Positions 51,001 through 60,130 of a DNA stretch of 64,000 bases are shown here, piece by piece. How positions within the stretch are numbered: the stretch's first letter is position 1; every line of letters begins with the position of its first letter. Origin of the DNA: Laetmonice hystrix (Eukaryota); NCBI GenBank assembly GCA_965235115.1, contig OZ249442.1, forward strand, positions 25,172,001-25,236,000, in the 5' to 3' direction. A program made the translations under genes and the position numbers. The notes below the pieces were generated by a model, which saw only the letters and a list, made by a program, of their open reading frames with translations, did not search any database and was not told the origin of the DNA.

Positions 51001-54000
51001 CACCGGGTGTTGCCGGGGGGGGGGTGGGAGGGCACCGGGCCTGGGCGAGCGCCGGGTGCCTATTTTCCAGGGCCCGTATGCATAAAAGAGGAGGTAACTA
51101 TACTGTGGTTCAGCCTATTCCAAGAATTGTTATTCACCGCTACCCGGTTTAGAAAATTCGGTATACATAAAACCAAGTAGAACAATTCTGCGTAGAACTA
51201 TACGAAGTATAAGCGTATTCCACAGTGTAGTGGTATTCCACGGTATTTGAGTGCAAAACCACCAGGAAATCCATAATTAGATGACCTGCACCCGTTATGT
51301 AATGCAAATCACAAGACAGTTATAGCTGCCACACAGTCAACATGTGGTCCCAAGGAGACACACAACAGAGGAAAGAGGGAGGTGGAATACCTGACACAGT
51401 TCTGCTTAAACCACCGTTATGCATACCGACAATGGTGTAATCGTGAGGTTATACCTGGAATAAGCTATACCTGTTCCACCTTTGTGCATCCGGGCCGTGA
51501 GAAATATGAGTTCGATTATCAAGCGCCATGGTTGAGTGGACAGGCGAGTCCCAACGACGACGACCACCACAGAAGTGGTGGCAACCTCTATTGGGATCGC
51601 TCGTGTCGGTATTGGTAGACCTACCAATACCTACCAATAAAGTAGACTACTTGTACAGTGGTGTGTAAGGTTGGTAGAACACATTTCTGTGAAGTTGTGT
51701 CGAATATATGTAAGGAACCTAGAAGGTTCTAACTGCACATAAAAAAATTCTAATTATCTAAACTATTGAAAACGAAATGCAAGTATTTATTATATAGAGA
51801 AAATATACACGGACTCGTCTTTTCTGATACAACTCACTAGAGGCGCTGCTAAACCACGTGCAAGAAATTGCCTATTTTTATTCCAACTCCAAGCAGCAAG
51901 CGTTCAAGTTTGATAAGTGGCACCACCATGAAACGGTGGTGGTCACACCGGTCACGGTTCTTGACTTTCTATGGCCGGTCGGGGCCACTCGGACGAGTCC
52001 AGGGGCCAAATATATTCAACTGGACCAACGAACCCAGCGTCATTTAGTGGTGTTGGCCATTCATTTCTCAGACTGCCAACGTGATGACAAAGTGAGACAG
52101 ACCACGGCCACGCCTCATGTCTCCAGGCAGGTTATACGACTCGGGCTTCGCCCTCGGCGTCTAACCTGCATGGAACCATTGGTGGGCCGTGGTTTATCCC
52201 TCACTGCATGGAACCATTGGTGGGCCGTGGACTATCCCTCACATAAACCTGCATGGAGCCATTGGTGGGCCGTGGTCTATCCCTCACTGCATGGAACCAT
52301 TGGTGGGCTGTGGTCTATCCCTCACTGCATGGAACCATTGGTGGGCCGTGGTCTATCCCTCACTGCATGGAACCATTGGTGGGCTGTGGTCTATCCCTCA
52401 CTGCATGGAACCATTGGTGGGCTGTGGTCTATCCCTCACTGCATGGAACCATTGGTGGGCCGTGGTCTATCCCTCACTGCATGGAACCATTGGTGGGCTG
52501 TGGTCTATCCCTCACTGCATGGAACCATTGGTGGGCCGTGGACATAAACCTGCATGGAGCCATTGGTGGGCCGTGGTCTATCCCTCACATAAACCTGCAT
52601 GGAGCCATTCCTGGGCCGTGGTCTATCCCTCACATAAACCTGCATGGAGCCAATCGTGGGCCGTGGGCTATCCCTCACATAAACCTGCATGGAGCCATTG
52701 GTGGGCCGTGGTCTATCCCTCACATAAACCTGCATGGAACCATTGTTGGGCCGTGGTCTATCCCTCACATAAACCTGCATGGAGCCATTGGTGGGCCGTG
52801 GTCTATCCCTCACATAAACCTGCATGGAACCATTGGTGGGCCGTGGTCTATCCCTCACATAAACCTGCATGGAACCATTGTTGGGCCGTGGTCTATCCCT
52901 CACATAAACCTGCATGGAGCCATTGGTGGGCCGTGGTCTATCCCTCACATAAACCTGCATGGAACCATTGGTGGGCCGTGGTCTATCCCTCACATAAACC
53001 TGCATGGAACCATTGGTGGACCGTGGTCTATCCCTCACGTACACTGCATGGAACCATTGGTGGGCCGTGGTCTATCCCTCACATAACCTCACGTACCCTT
53101 CACCACCCTAACTCCACGGTCCAGGCGCGGGGCCAGACCGGTTCACATGATCCGGTCAGGCATCCAGTTTTTTTTAATAAAATACAAAAAGTTGTATTTA
53201 ATAAAAAAAAAGTTGTATTTAATACAAAATGTTTCTGTATTAAATACAACAAGTTTTTGTATTAAATACAAAACTTCGACGTTTTACGTAAACTTGTATC
53301 ATAGGCCATAGGCCTTATACACCTGAAGTTATATCTGAACCGGAAATGGCCTCGGAAGTTCCGATTGGGGTCGAGACGGGGCGCGAATACTCCGTCACGT
53401 GACACGCCTGGGTCGGGTGCATACAAACGCCGTTGCCCCCCCCCCCGCTTCAGTCAGGCACATAGTGAGAATGGTGACAAACTTTGCTGTTAATTACTCC
53501 AAAGTCAGCCCTCATATAAAAATGGGCCACATTGTGTTACGGAGAAGGGATCGCCCAAACCTGTAGGGACAGGCCAAACCTGTAGGGACGAGCCAAACCT
53601 GTAGGGACAAGCCCAACCTGTAGGGACAGGCCAAACCTGTAGGGACAGGCCCAACCTGTAGGGACAAGCCAAACCTGTAGGGACAAGCCAAACCTGTAGG
53701 GACAGGCCAAACCTGTAGGGACAGGCCAAACCTGTAGGGACAGGCCAAACCTGTAGGGACAAGCCAAACCTGTAGGGACAGGCCAAACCTGTAGGGACAA
53801 GCCAAACCTGTAGGGACGAGCCAAACCTGTAGGGACAAGCCAAACCTGTAGGGACAAGCCAAACCTGTAGGGACTGTAGGGACAGGCCAAACCTGTAGGG
53901 ACGAGCCAAACCTGTAGGGACAGGCCAAACCTGTAGGGACAGGCCAAACTTGTAGGGACTAGCCAAACCTGTAGGGACGAGCCAAACCTGTAGGGACAGG

Positions 54001-55902
54001 CCAAACCTGTAGGGACAGGCCAAACCTGTAGGGTCAAGCCAAACCTGTAGGGACAAGCCAAACTTGTAGGGACTAGCCAAACCTGTAGGGACAGGCCAAA
54101 CCTGTAGGGACAGGCCAAACTTGTAGGGACGAGCCAAACCTGTAGGGACAAGCCAAACCTGTAGGGACAAGCCAAACCTGTAGGGACAGGCCAAACCTGT
54201 AGGGACAGGCCAAACCTGTAGGGACAGGCCAAACCTGTAGGGACAGGCCAAACCTGCAGGGACAGGCCAAACCTGTAGGGACAAGTCAAACAGGCCAAAC
54301 TTGTAGGGACGAGCCAAACCTTTAGGGACGAGCCCAACCTGTAGGGACAAGCCAAACCTGTAGGGACGAGCCAAACCTGTAGGGACAGGCCAAACCTGTA
54401 GGGACAGGCCAAACCTGTAGGGACAGGCCAAACCTGTAGGGACGAGCCAAACCTGTAGGGACAAGCCAAACCTGTAGGGACAGGCCAAACCTGTAGGGAC
54501 AGGCCAAACAGGCCAAACTTGTAGGGACAGGCCAAACCTGTAGGGACGAGCCCAACCTGTAGGGGCAGCCCAAACCTGTAGGGACAAGCCAAACCTTTAG
54601 GGACAGGCCAAACCTGTAGGGACAAGCCAAACCTGTAGGGACAGGCCAAACCTGTAGGGACAAGCCAAACCTGTAGGGACGAGCCAAACCTGTAGGGACG
54701 AGCCAAACCTGTAGGGACAGGCCCAACCTGTAGGGACAGGCCAAACCTGTAGCGATAAGCCAAACTTGTAGGGACAGGCCAAACCTGTAGGGACAAGCCC
54801 AACCTGTAGGGACGAGCCCAACCTGTAGGGACGAGCCAAACCTGTAGGGACAGGCCCAACCTGTAGGGACAGGCCAAACCTGTAGCGATAAGCCAAACTT
54901 GTAGGGACAGGCCAAACCTGTAGGGACAAGCCCAACCTGTAGGGACGAGCCAAACCTGTAGGGACAGGCCAAACCTGTAGGGACGAGCTCAACCTGTAGG
55001 GACAAGCCAAACCTGTAGGGACAGGCCAAACCTGTAGGGACAAGCCAAACCTGTAGGGACAGGCCAAACCTGTAGGGACAGGCCAAACCTGTAGGGACGG
55101 GCCAAACCTGCAGGGACAGGCCAAACCTGTAGGGACAGGCCAAACCTGTAGGGACAGGCCAAACCTGTAGGGACAGGCCAAACCTTTAGGGACAGGCCAA
55201 ACCTGTAAGAGTCGGATTAAAATGTTTCAGTCGGAATTCTTTGTGATTTTTTTCTATGTAAACTGGGAATCGGGGAAATGGACAGCGGTGGCGGTTTCTG
55301 CATGGTTCTAGCCGTACTTATTTATATTTGCAGGTTACCTAAGTTTGAACAGCCCCCCGGCGACCCGAAACTGTGTGATCATAGGCGCGGGAGGGGTGGT
55401 GTTAGCACTACTGGCCGTACTCCTGGCTTACCTCTGCCGGAGACACTTCCGACATCACCGCCACTTCACCGGAAAAATGTGTAAAACGGGCCCGTCCGAG
55501 TCGGAGAGTCCGTACGTTATAGAAATACGTACAAACAGTCACAGTGACATTGCCTACGAGGAGATCAGGGAGGAAGATCCCCCGAAAGCCATACACCGGG
55601 AGGCTCAACAACAACAGCAGCAGGAAATCTGCACCAAAGACAGTATTCTCAGTAAAAGCCTAGAGTTGGCAAAGGTGAAAAACAGGTCAGCGTGTTCGGC
55701 GGAGACGTTTGACAAATTACAGCCCGTGATGACGTCATACAGCAGGGAGGAGATATGTTTACAGGTTCAGTCGGTGCTCCAGGCTGAGGCTGGCGGTGAC
55801 GAAACCGAGGCTGAAGTGGCACATAGCGAGGAGGACCCAGAGACGGAAAGTAGCGTGGCTCTTTTAGAAGGCACAAATCAACAGGAGAAAAACCAGGCAT
55901 AG
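17872..55902 (+). CDS. Multi-exon gene (22 confidently placed exons): LRP-like type I membrane receptor, 3x(YWTD propeller-EGF)-EGF-ephrin-like Cys repeat-sushi-like-unnamed domain-Cys repeat-TM-tail
   Basis: Hand-spliced exons 17872-18004,19481-19652,21847-21975,23325-23623,24367-24501,30061-30315,31876-32062,33734-33968,35686-35872,36606-36743,37496-37667,38165-38401,39661-39851,40272-40478,43444-43569,44439-44582,46259-46417,47294-47506,47669-47951,49859-50049,50315-50464,55334-55902. All introns GT..AG, all phases compatible, total 4512 nt (divisible by 3) ending in TAG; YWTD-type motifs and EGF cysteine patterns in the expected order. Confidence 0.9.
18295..18920. repeat. 45-bp minisatellite, about 14 copies
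   Basis: ctggtcgggacctgcactgaatgtgcatacactaattgtaccata. Confidence 0.93.
19065..19230. repeat. 12-bp G-rich repeat (gggaggcgggac), about 14 copies
   Basis: direct inspection. Confidence 0.93.
19481..19652 (+). CDS. Exon: propeller 1, DVGRSNGLSLDWTVLHVYWTD..PRGIVIDPGPG
   Basis: cttacccAG / GG|GTCAGT; YWTD motif and LRWPRGIVIDP. Confidence 0.95.
19783..21255. repeat. 87-bp minisatellite, about 17 copies
   Basis: 29-aa periodicity in the 504-aa ORF. Confidence 0.95.
21847..21975 (+). CDS. Exon: propeller 1, GVLYWGDQG..IERSYLDGSDR..WPNQLGI
   Basis: ttacAG / AG|GTACGT; typical YWTD repeat. Confidence 0.95.
22775..23345 (+). repeat. 30-bp acceptor+exon-start array, 19 copies
   Basis: cctgtttcAG|gaggctgtattgggttgaca; the last copy continues into the exon. 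Confidence 0.95.
23325..23623 (+). CDS. Exon: propeller 1 end, RLYWVDAYTVTIESCDLDG..IYGLAVVG..NTQPQ
   Basis: last tttcAG of the 30-bp array / A|GTGAGT; YWVD motif. The true 5' boundary is ambiguous because upstream acceptors are in frame. Confidence 0.88.
23775..24378 (+). repeat. 26-50-bp acceptor+exon-start array, about 18 copies
   Basis: gtgtcctctgttacAG|ctgacaGTAA; the last copy continues into the EGF1 exon. Confidence 0.93.
24367..24501 (+). CDS. Exon: EGF-like 1 (CSPEASSGCSHICLVTAGATYKCACPTYGSLVLGPDGKTC)
   Basis: six-Cys LRP-type EGF, phase 1-1, G|GTGAGA donor. Confidence 0.95.
25430..25992. repeat. ~65-73-bp minisatellite, about 8 copies
   Basis: gacctgctgtatcaaacgtctcctcgccgtcttatataaatcattgacctcatgttgttgtggcgtggtgtgg. 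Confidence 0.9.
26677..27365. repeat. 27-bp purine-rich minisatellite, about 26 copies
   Basis: gagcgtattgaggaggtttggggaggc. Confidence 0.93.
27800..28585. repeat. ~52-58-bp minisatellite, about 14 copies
   Basis: gatatcgattggtgagataacgagtgcgtgatggcacaataactgagtggtc. Confidence 0.93.
29135..30073 (+). repeat. ~50-bp acceptor+exon-start array, 19 copies
   Basis: gagccccacgtttatttttgttggtttcAG|aaccggaggaggt; the last copy continues into the exon. Confidence 0.95.
30061..30315 (+). CDS. Exon: propeller 2 start, EPEEVLLYAD..AVGYDPIKQQVYWSD..
   Basis: last ttggtttcAG of the ~50-bp array / G|GTAAGA; YWSD motif. Confidence 0.93.
30484..31347. repeat. 36-bp minisatellite, about 24 copies
   Basis: tgaaaatatagacttgccacaggttcccactgacta. 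Confidence 0.95.
31876..32062 (+). CDS. Exon: propeller 2, GLYVDWLHRRLYFCNMG..KPRAIYLDLTKG
   Basis: ttctctctcaccAG / GG|GTAACA. Confidence 0.95.
32491..33004. mobile_element. MITE with ~28-bp TIRs and internal tandem repeats (PIF/Harbinger-like)
   Basis: Left cctgttccggctagatatgtctgaacggct; right agccgtttggacgtatctagccggaacacc; partial second copy at 63296-63415. Confidence 0.75.
33734..33968 (+). CDS. Exon: propeller 2, YMYYTDWGVRPRVMRADLNG..NPNGLVVYDRWLYLVD..
   Basis: ggtttcAG / GAG|GTAGGC; YYTDWG motif. Confidence 0.95.
34275..35300. repeat. ~44-48-bp minisatellite, about 23 copies
   Basis: gtagtctaacacctgctcactatgatacacacattgtaaatctt. Confidence 0.93.
35515..35705 (+). repeat. 59-bp acceptor+exon-start triplication
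   Basis: AG ends at 35567, 35626 and 35685, each followed by gtttacatcccgtttggtct. Confidence 0.93.
35686..35872 (+). CDS. Exon: propeller 2 end, VYIPFGLAAKEGQLFYTDW..CNPTGLFYSPTRHSLP
   Basis: third cattttgtAG / CAG|GTCGGT; PFGL..FYTDW motif. Confidence 0.92.
35827..36402 (+). repeat. 81-93-bp exon-end+donor+(CCCTAA)n array, 7 copies
   Basis: donors at 35873, 35960, 36047, 36140, 36221, 36302, 36389. Confidence 0.95.
36606..36743 (+). CDS. Exon: EGF-like 2 (CGEAHCSDICVP..ARCMCSEDGGLVLGMDGRTC)
   Basis: six-Cys pattern, phase 1-1, G|GTGAGC. Confidence 0.95.
37023..37482. repeat. 90-bp tandem repeat, about 5 copies, ending at an acceptor
   Basis: direct inspection. Confidence 0.9.
37496..37667 (+). 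CDS. Exon: propeller 3 start, ESFLLLTD..VAVTYDAITRDVYWSDLH
   Basis: gtttattacAG / AG|GTCAGT; YWSD motif. Confidence 0.94.
38165..38401 (+). CDS. Exon: propeller 3, IDGMALDGRGRHLYWTG..LDQPRAVVLDLDQ
   Basis: ttctttttttctgcAG / AG|GTAGCG. Confidence 0.95.
38440..39392. repeat. 44-bp minisatellite, about 21 copies
   Basis: aagtcaaactagaaccactgacaacaaattaggtctgaggacga. Confidence 0.95.
39661..39851 (+). CDS. Exon: propeller 3, YMYWTEYG..SFLDGSN..WPNALAIAGGKLYVAD..LNMD
   Basis: ttttgttctAG / G|GTAAAT. Confidence 0.95.
40272..40478 (+). CDS. Exon: propeller 3 end, HIFGMAVTGRNVYYTDW..RPGALYFH
   Basis: ccgtccAG / CAG|GTACAG; YYTDW motif. Confidence 0.94.
40617..41007. mobile_element. 391-bp MITE, 13-bp perfect TIR (CAGACCTGCCAAA), 6-bp TSD CGATGT
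   Basis: TIRs start at 40617 and end at 41007; CGATGT at 40611-40616 and 41008-41013. Confidence 0.85.
41135..42470. repeat. ~42-48-bp minisatellite with variable poly-C, about 30 copies
   Basis: ggacatttgtctgaaggacatatctcccgcggact(c)n. Confidence 0.93.
42480..42868. repeat. 24-bp minisatellite, about 16 copies
   Basis: cacaccccatcctgtttattaccc. Confidence 0.93.
43444..43569 (+). CDS. Exon: EGF-like 3 (ECSDHQHNCSFMCVSVPNGRRCTCPLGMQLASDARSC)
   Basis: gtgttgtgacAG / G|GTAAGT; six-Cys pattern. Confidence 0.93.
43454..44234 (+). repeat. 132-bp tandem array of the EGF3 exon body plus donor, 6 copies
   Basis: GTAAG donors at 43570, 43702, 43834, 43966, 44098, 44230. Confidence 0.97.
44439..44582 (+). 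CDS. Exon: EGF-like 4 (CPQKCHRFGHC..YRCVCGDGFHGDGHTQC)
   Basis: ccgtttgtctcAG / G|GTAGTA; CxCxxGFxGDG signature. Confidence 0.93.
45110..46252. repeat. ~62-69-bp minisatellite, about 17 copies, ending 6 nt before an acceptor AG
   Basis: ttttttacatgtgccataatgattacataactattgacctaccacttgttacgatgtcgtataccttg. Confidence 0.93.
46259..46417 (+). CDS. Exon: ephrin-receptor-like Cys-rich repeat (CPVDTYK..CTTCPPGSGT..GSTTCMC)
   Basis: cttgttggcAG / G|GTAAGT; CPxxTYK..CxxCPxG..T..GSxxCxC pattern. Confidence 0.9.
47294..47506 (+). CDS. Exon: sushi/CCP-like domain (..PLYGRLECV..CRTLC..IYCLPTGVWQ..AC)
   Basis: ccactggcAG / C|GTACGT; G..C, C..G.W and terminal C pattern; domain name inferred. Confidence 0.8.
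47669..47951 (+). CDS. Exon: unnamed extracellular domain with polybasic RRRRSSSRRRS site
   Basis: ttttttaatAG / AG|GTCAGA; open frame with FTGPC..LC..VC..VTC followed by an Arg cluster. Confidence 0.82.
47960..49490. repeat. 53/57-bp minisatellite, about 27 copies, starting about 10 nt after a donor
   Basis: tttggtatatgtctgagtacatagagtactatcacgtaccagccattggtcattgg. Confidence 0.95.
49859..50049 (+). CDS. Exon: SIEKSLSTAEQRV..LRCGHGAVNSSNIC
   Basis: acceptor after ttttttccatacgggtAG, C|GTAAGG donor; phase 2 to 1 fits both neighbours. Confidence 0.82.
50315..50464 (+). CDS. Exon: GCC2/GCC3-type (ephrin-like) Cys repeat (CPVGTYK..CEDCPPGGYQDEEGQEDCKVCP..GAF)
   Basis: cctattgttttcAG / T|GTAAGC; splicing T+GT recreates the conserved terminal Cys. 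Confidence 0.92.
51071..51496. mobile_element. Degraded inverted-repeat element (possible MITE)
   Basis: GGCCCGTATGCATAAA versus the reverse complement of TTTGTGCATCCGGGCC (2 mismatches), with patchy similarity further inward. Confidence 0.4.
52165..53080. repeat. 37/46-bp minisatellite, about 22 copies
   Basis: ctgcatggaaccattggtgggccgtggtctatccctca(cataaac). Confidence 0.93.
53555..55205. repeat. 19-bp minisatellite, about 86 copies
   Basis: ccaaacctgtagggacagg. Confidence 0.95.
55334..55902 (+). CDS. Terminal exon: TM helix (VIIGAGGVVLALLAVLLAYLC, 55375-55437), basic stop-transfer RRHFRHHRH, cytoplasmic tail, TAG
   Basis: tttatatttgcAG acceptor, phase 1; 21-aa hydrophobic stretch followed by basic residues. 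Confidence 0.9.
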
Positions 55903-56199
55903 CAAGAGGAGAGACGTGACTCATGTATGCAGCTTGCCTTCCCCTAGAGTCGGCGTTAGATTTTTATCACTGCCGACGTCATTTTGTACATATTGAAGGT
56001 GGAGACAATATATGAAACTCTGTACATAATGTAAGATCCTTATTTATTGATACATCCTTTCAACAACAACGTGCAACAAATCAACAACGTGCAACAAATC
56101 AAGATGTTTAAATATCTTTCTATGTTGTCATCGTTTGTCTGTCATACATGTATGTGTGTCACGGTCGATAGATATATATAGTAGTAGATTCGAGGGAAA

Positions 56200-57400
56200 T
56201 AGAGATATAAGCCACACTAAGGAAATCATGAAATAGAGATGTAAGCCACACTAAGGAAATCATGAAATAGAGATGTAAGCCATAACGACGAAATCATGAA
56301 ATAGAGATGTAAGCCATAACGACGAAATCATGAAATAGAGATGTAAGCCACACTAAGGAAATCATGAAATAGAGATGTAAGCCACACTAAGGAAATCATG
56401 AAATAGAGATGTAAGCCACACTAAGGAAATCATGAAATAGAGATGTAAGCCATAACGACGAAATCATGAAATAGAGATGTAAGCCATAACGACGAAATCA
56501 TGAAATAGAGATTTAAGCCACACTAGGAAATCATGAAATAGAGATGTAAGCCACACTAAGGGAATCATGAAATAGAGATGTAAGCCACACTAAGGAAATC
56601 ATGAAATAGAGATGTAAGCCACACTAAGGAAATCATGAAATAGAGATGTAATCCACACTAAGGAAATCATGAAATAGAGATGTAAGCCACACTAAGGAAA
56701 TCATGAAATAGAGATGTAAGCCATAACGACGAAATCATGAAATAGAGATGTAAGCCATAACGACGAAATCATGAAATAGAGATGTAAGCCATAACGACGA
56801 AATCATGAAATAGAGATGTAAGCCACACTAAGAGAATCATAAAATAGAGATGTAAGCCACACTAAGGAAATCATGAAATAGAGATGTAAGCCATAACGAC
56901 GAAATCATGAAATAGAGATGTAAGCCATAACGACGAAATCATGAAATAGAGATGTAAGCCACACTAAGGGAATCATAAAATAGAGATGTAAGCCACACTA
57001 AGGAAATCATGAAATAGAGATGTAAGCCACACTAAGGAAATCATGAAATAGAGATGTAAGCCACACTAAGGAAATCATGAAATAGAGATGTAAGCCAGAC
57101 TAAGGAAATCATGAAATAGAGATGTAAGCCACACTAAGGGAATCATGAAATAGAGATGTAAGCCACACTAAGGGAATCATGAAATAGAGATGTAAGCCAC
57201 ACTAAGGAAATCATGAAATAGAGATGTAAGCCACACTAAGGAAATCATAAAATAGAGATGTAAGCCACACTAAGGAAATCATGAAATAGAGATGTAAGCC
57301 ATAACGACGAAATCGTGAAATAGAGATGTAAGCCATGCCAAAGAAAACTGAAATAGAGATGTAAGCCATACCAAGAAAACCATAAAATTGAGATGTAAGC
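56200..57400. repeat. 34-bp minisatellite, about 35 copies, downstream of the stop codon
   Basis: aaatcatgaaatagagatgtaagccacactaagg with a cataacgacg variant. Confidence 0.95.
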
Positions 57401-59469
57401 CAAGGAAACCACAAATATCGATTGTAAAAGAGGTCAGTTAGTTGCGAAATTTTAATTTTCATAATTTGAAAAGGGGACAATAAGGAAATAAAGTGAAATA
57501 TTTATATTACTATTCTTCTTTATGTTTTAAATGAATTACCGGCATTACCCATTCATTGACAATCAGTTTCAGTGATGCTGAGACTGTGACCTCAGATAAC
57601 CTTTGACCTTAACATTTTTGCATTTTAATGGATGTTCGGCGCAAAAACTGCTGGGTCTCGAACGGTCGTATTTAAAATAATATGTTATATGAACATTTGT
57701 TCGGGGGCTAAGGGGCTACATACCCCTAAAATCTGAATGATGTAATAAAAACTATGGCGAGAGTGGCCACCTCAATGGCCAGGGGTTTTGTCCGATGGTA
57801 AGTCTCCCCGCCATATACACTGGTTCGTCCTGCCGGCCGATTTCGGTATGGTTGTCGATACTGAACAAAAATGAAAAATACAGGAGGCTGCATATTGGAC
57901 GGTATCCTGTCACCACAGGTAAAATATCCCTCCAAATAGTTGGTTTAATGTAGAAATAAATAACGTATTTAATGTCACTCATATTGGACGGTATCCTGTC
58001 ACCACAGGTAAAATATCCCTCCAAATAGTTGGTTTAATGTAGGAATAAATAACGTATTTAATGTCACTCTTATATATACGAATATCTAGAATCATGTATT
58101 TTTCATTTTCTACTATACAGCCATTTTTACCCGTCCAAGGTAAAAGTCGGCCGGCTGTGGAGACGTGTAGGCCTAAGCCCTTTATCTCCCCCTCCCCCCC
58201 CCCCAAAAAAATAAAAATCCTGAAGCCCCCCTTCTAATCGCGACATTTTGTCAAAGCCTAACCACTTGTACAATGCTTCTTTTTTTTAGTGGGGAGCGAC
58301 ATTTTAGTTTTATGCGATACAACAATAAATCATGCTATTTATTCAATTCCATTCGGGATATTTTCCTATATAACGTTAGACACTATACAGTGCTAATTAA
58401 TAATGGCTGCCTTTAGGCCGATTTATGGCTAGCAGAAGGTATTTTTGTATCGTTTTGATAAGGAGAATGCGGTGTGGATGTATTTTCTGATCACATCTTT
58501 TGCTACAGTTGCCTTGCGTTCTTTGATTTTGTGACCCGCATGTGGCTGGTCGGACCCACAAACCGGCACCAAAACCCACTGACCAGCGAGGACAGCCATA
58601 GGACCCGCCTGAATGATAAATCTAGGCCTAAAACGCTCAGGCCTACTGCTAGGCCTATCCTTCCTACTTTGTGTCGTTGGTTGAGGATAATCTGCGGCTT
58701 GATCACACGTAAATTAGTAAAATTAGCTCAAAATACCTGCGTCAGGCACTTTCTTTGCTAAACCACATCAAGTGGCCTAGATCTAGCCATATACGATAGA
58801 TGGCGATTGTTGCCTCCCCCCCCCCTTATTTTTGCAGACTGAGTTTTTAACGAATTGTTAATGAAAAAACGTTATTTTCTACTAACTCTAAGACCTCGGA
58901 TTTTGTTCCCAGATGCCAGGAAAACGCGTATTTGGCACTTGAATCTTCAAATGTTTCGGGGGGAGACCCCCAGACTCGAGGCTCGAGGCTCGAGAGCTCG
59001 AGACCCCCCGCTCGAGACTTCGCGCCTTCGGCGCTCGCATGACCGATTTGGGACCGATGTGTATGGAAGTAAATACTCAGGGATTCGTAGTAAAGCATGT
59101 CAAGCAAAAGGTGTCTTTTATTCATACAGGACCAAGCATTACATTTTGCTTTTACTAAATACTGCTTTACCTTCAAGTACGAACTATAAAGTAAACACTT
59201 CATTTTATTCATATCATCCCATGGTCTCTGGGGTTGGCTTCGGGTTTGCTTTCTGGTGGACTAAGAGAGCTGCAGCTAGCACAGCAGGCACTTATCTTCA
59301 TCCAGAAACGATGCTTTTCTCCCTGTAGCCATGGTAGACATGATGGCAAGAGCTGAAAACCTCCCTTTATAGGGGACAGCATGTAGACTATAGTCACCTG
59401 GTGGCGCTGCTATCGCTGCTGACCTTGTTGCCACCTTGTTCTGTGCGTGTTGCTGCTCCCTCCAACCCC

Positions 59470-60130
59470 AACACCACGACGTGACTACCCCACAACACCC
59501 CCTACTGGTTAATGAACTTACATGGCCGTGTTAACACCATAAATGACCGTGTTAACACCATACATGACCGTCCTAACATCACGACGTGACTACCCCACAA
59601 CACCCCCTACTGGTTAATGAACTTACATGACCGTGCTAACACCATACATGACCGTGTTAACACCATACATGACCGTGTTAACACCATACATGACCGTGTT
59701 AACACCATACATGACCGTGTTAACACCGTACATGACCGTGTTAACACCATACATGACCGTGTTAACACCATACATGACCGTGTTAACACCATACATGACC
59801 GTGTTAACACCATACATGACCGTGTTAACACCATACATGACCGTGTTAACACCATACATGACCGTCCTAACATCACGACGTGACTACCCCACAACACCCC
59901 CTACTGGTTAATGACCGTACATGACCGTGTTAACACCATACATGACCGTGTTAACACCATGCATGACCGTGTTAACACCATACATGATCGTGTTAACACC
60001 ATACATGATCGTGTTAACACCGTACATGACCGTACATGACCGTGTTAACACCATACATGACCGTGTTAACACCATACATGACCGTGTTAACACCGTACAT
60101 GACCGTCCTAACACCATACATGACCGTCCT
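59470..60130. repeat. 21-bp minisatellite in three blocks separated by a repeated ~40-bp spacer
   Basis: catgaccgtgttaacaccata; spacer cacgacgtgactaccccacaacacccccta. Confidence 0.92.

Noticed and set aside
51544-51640. Possible Thr-rich stalk exon (VPTTTTTTEVVATS)
   Set aside because: Poor pyrimidine tract and incompatible phase; direct splicing 50464 to 55334 already restores the conserved Cys.
52070-52129. Possible exon after ttcatttctcAG (CQRDDKVRQTTATPH)
   Set aside because: The available donor leaves phase 0, incompatible with the phase-1 terminal exon.
53505-55181. Long minus-strand Cys/Pro-rich ORFs
   Set aside because: Products of the 19-bp minisatellite, open in several frames with no domain signal.
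231-60130. CRISPR-like appearance of 30-45-bp repeats
   Set aside because: Units are head-to-tail with no unique spacers, there are no cas genes, and the context is eukaryotic introns.
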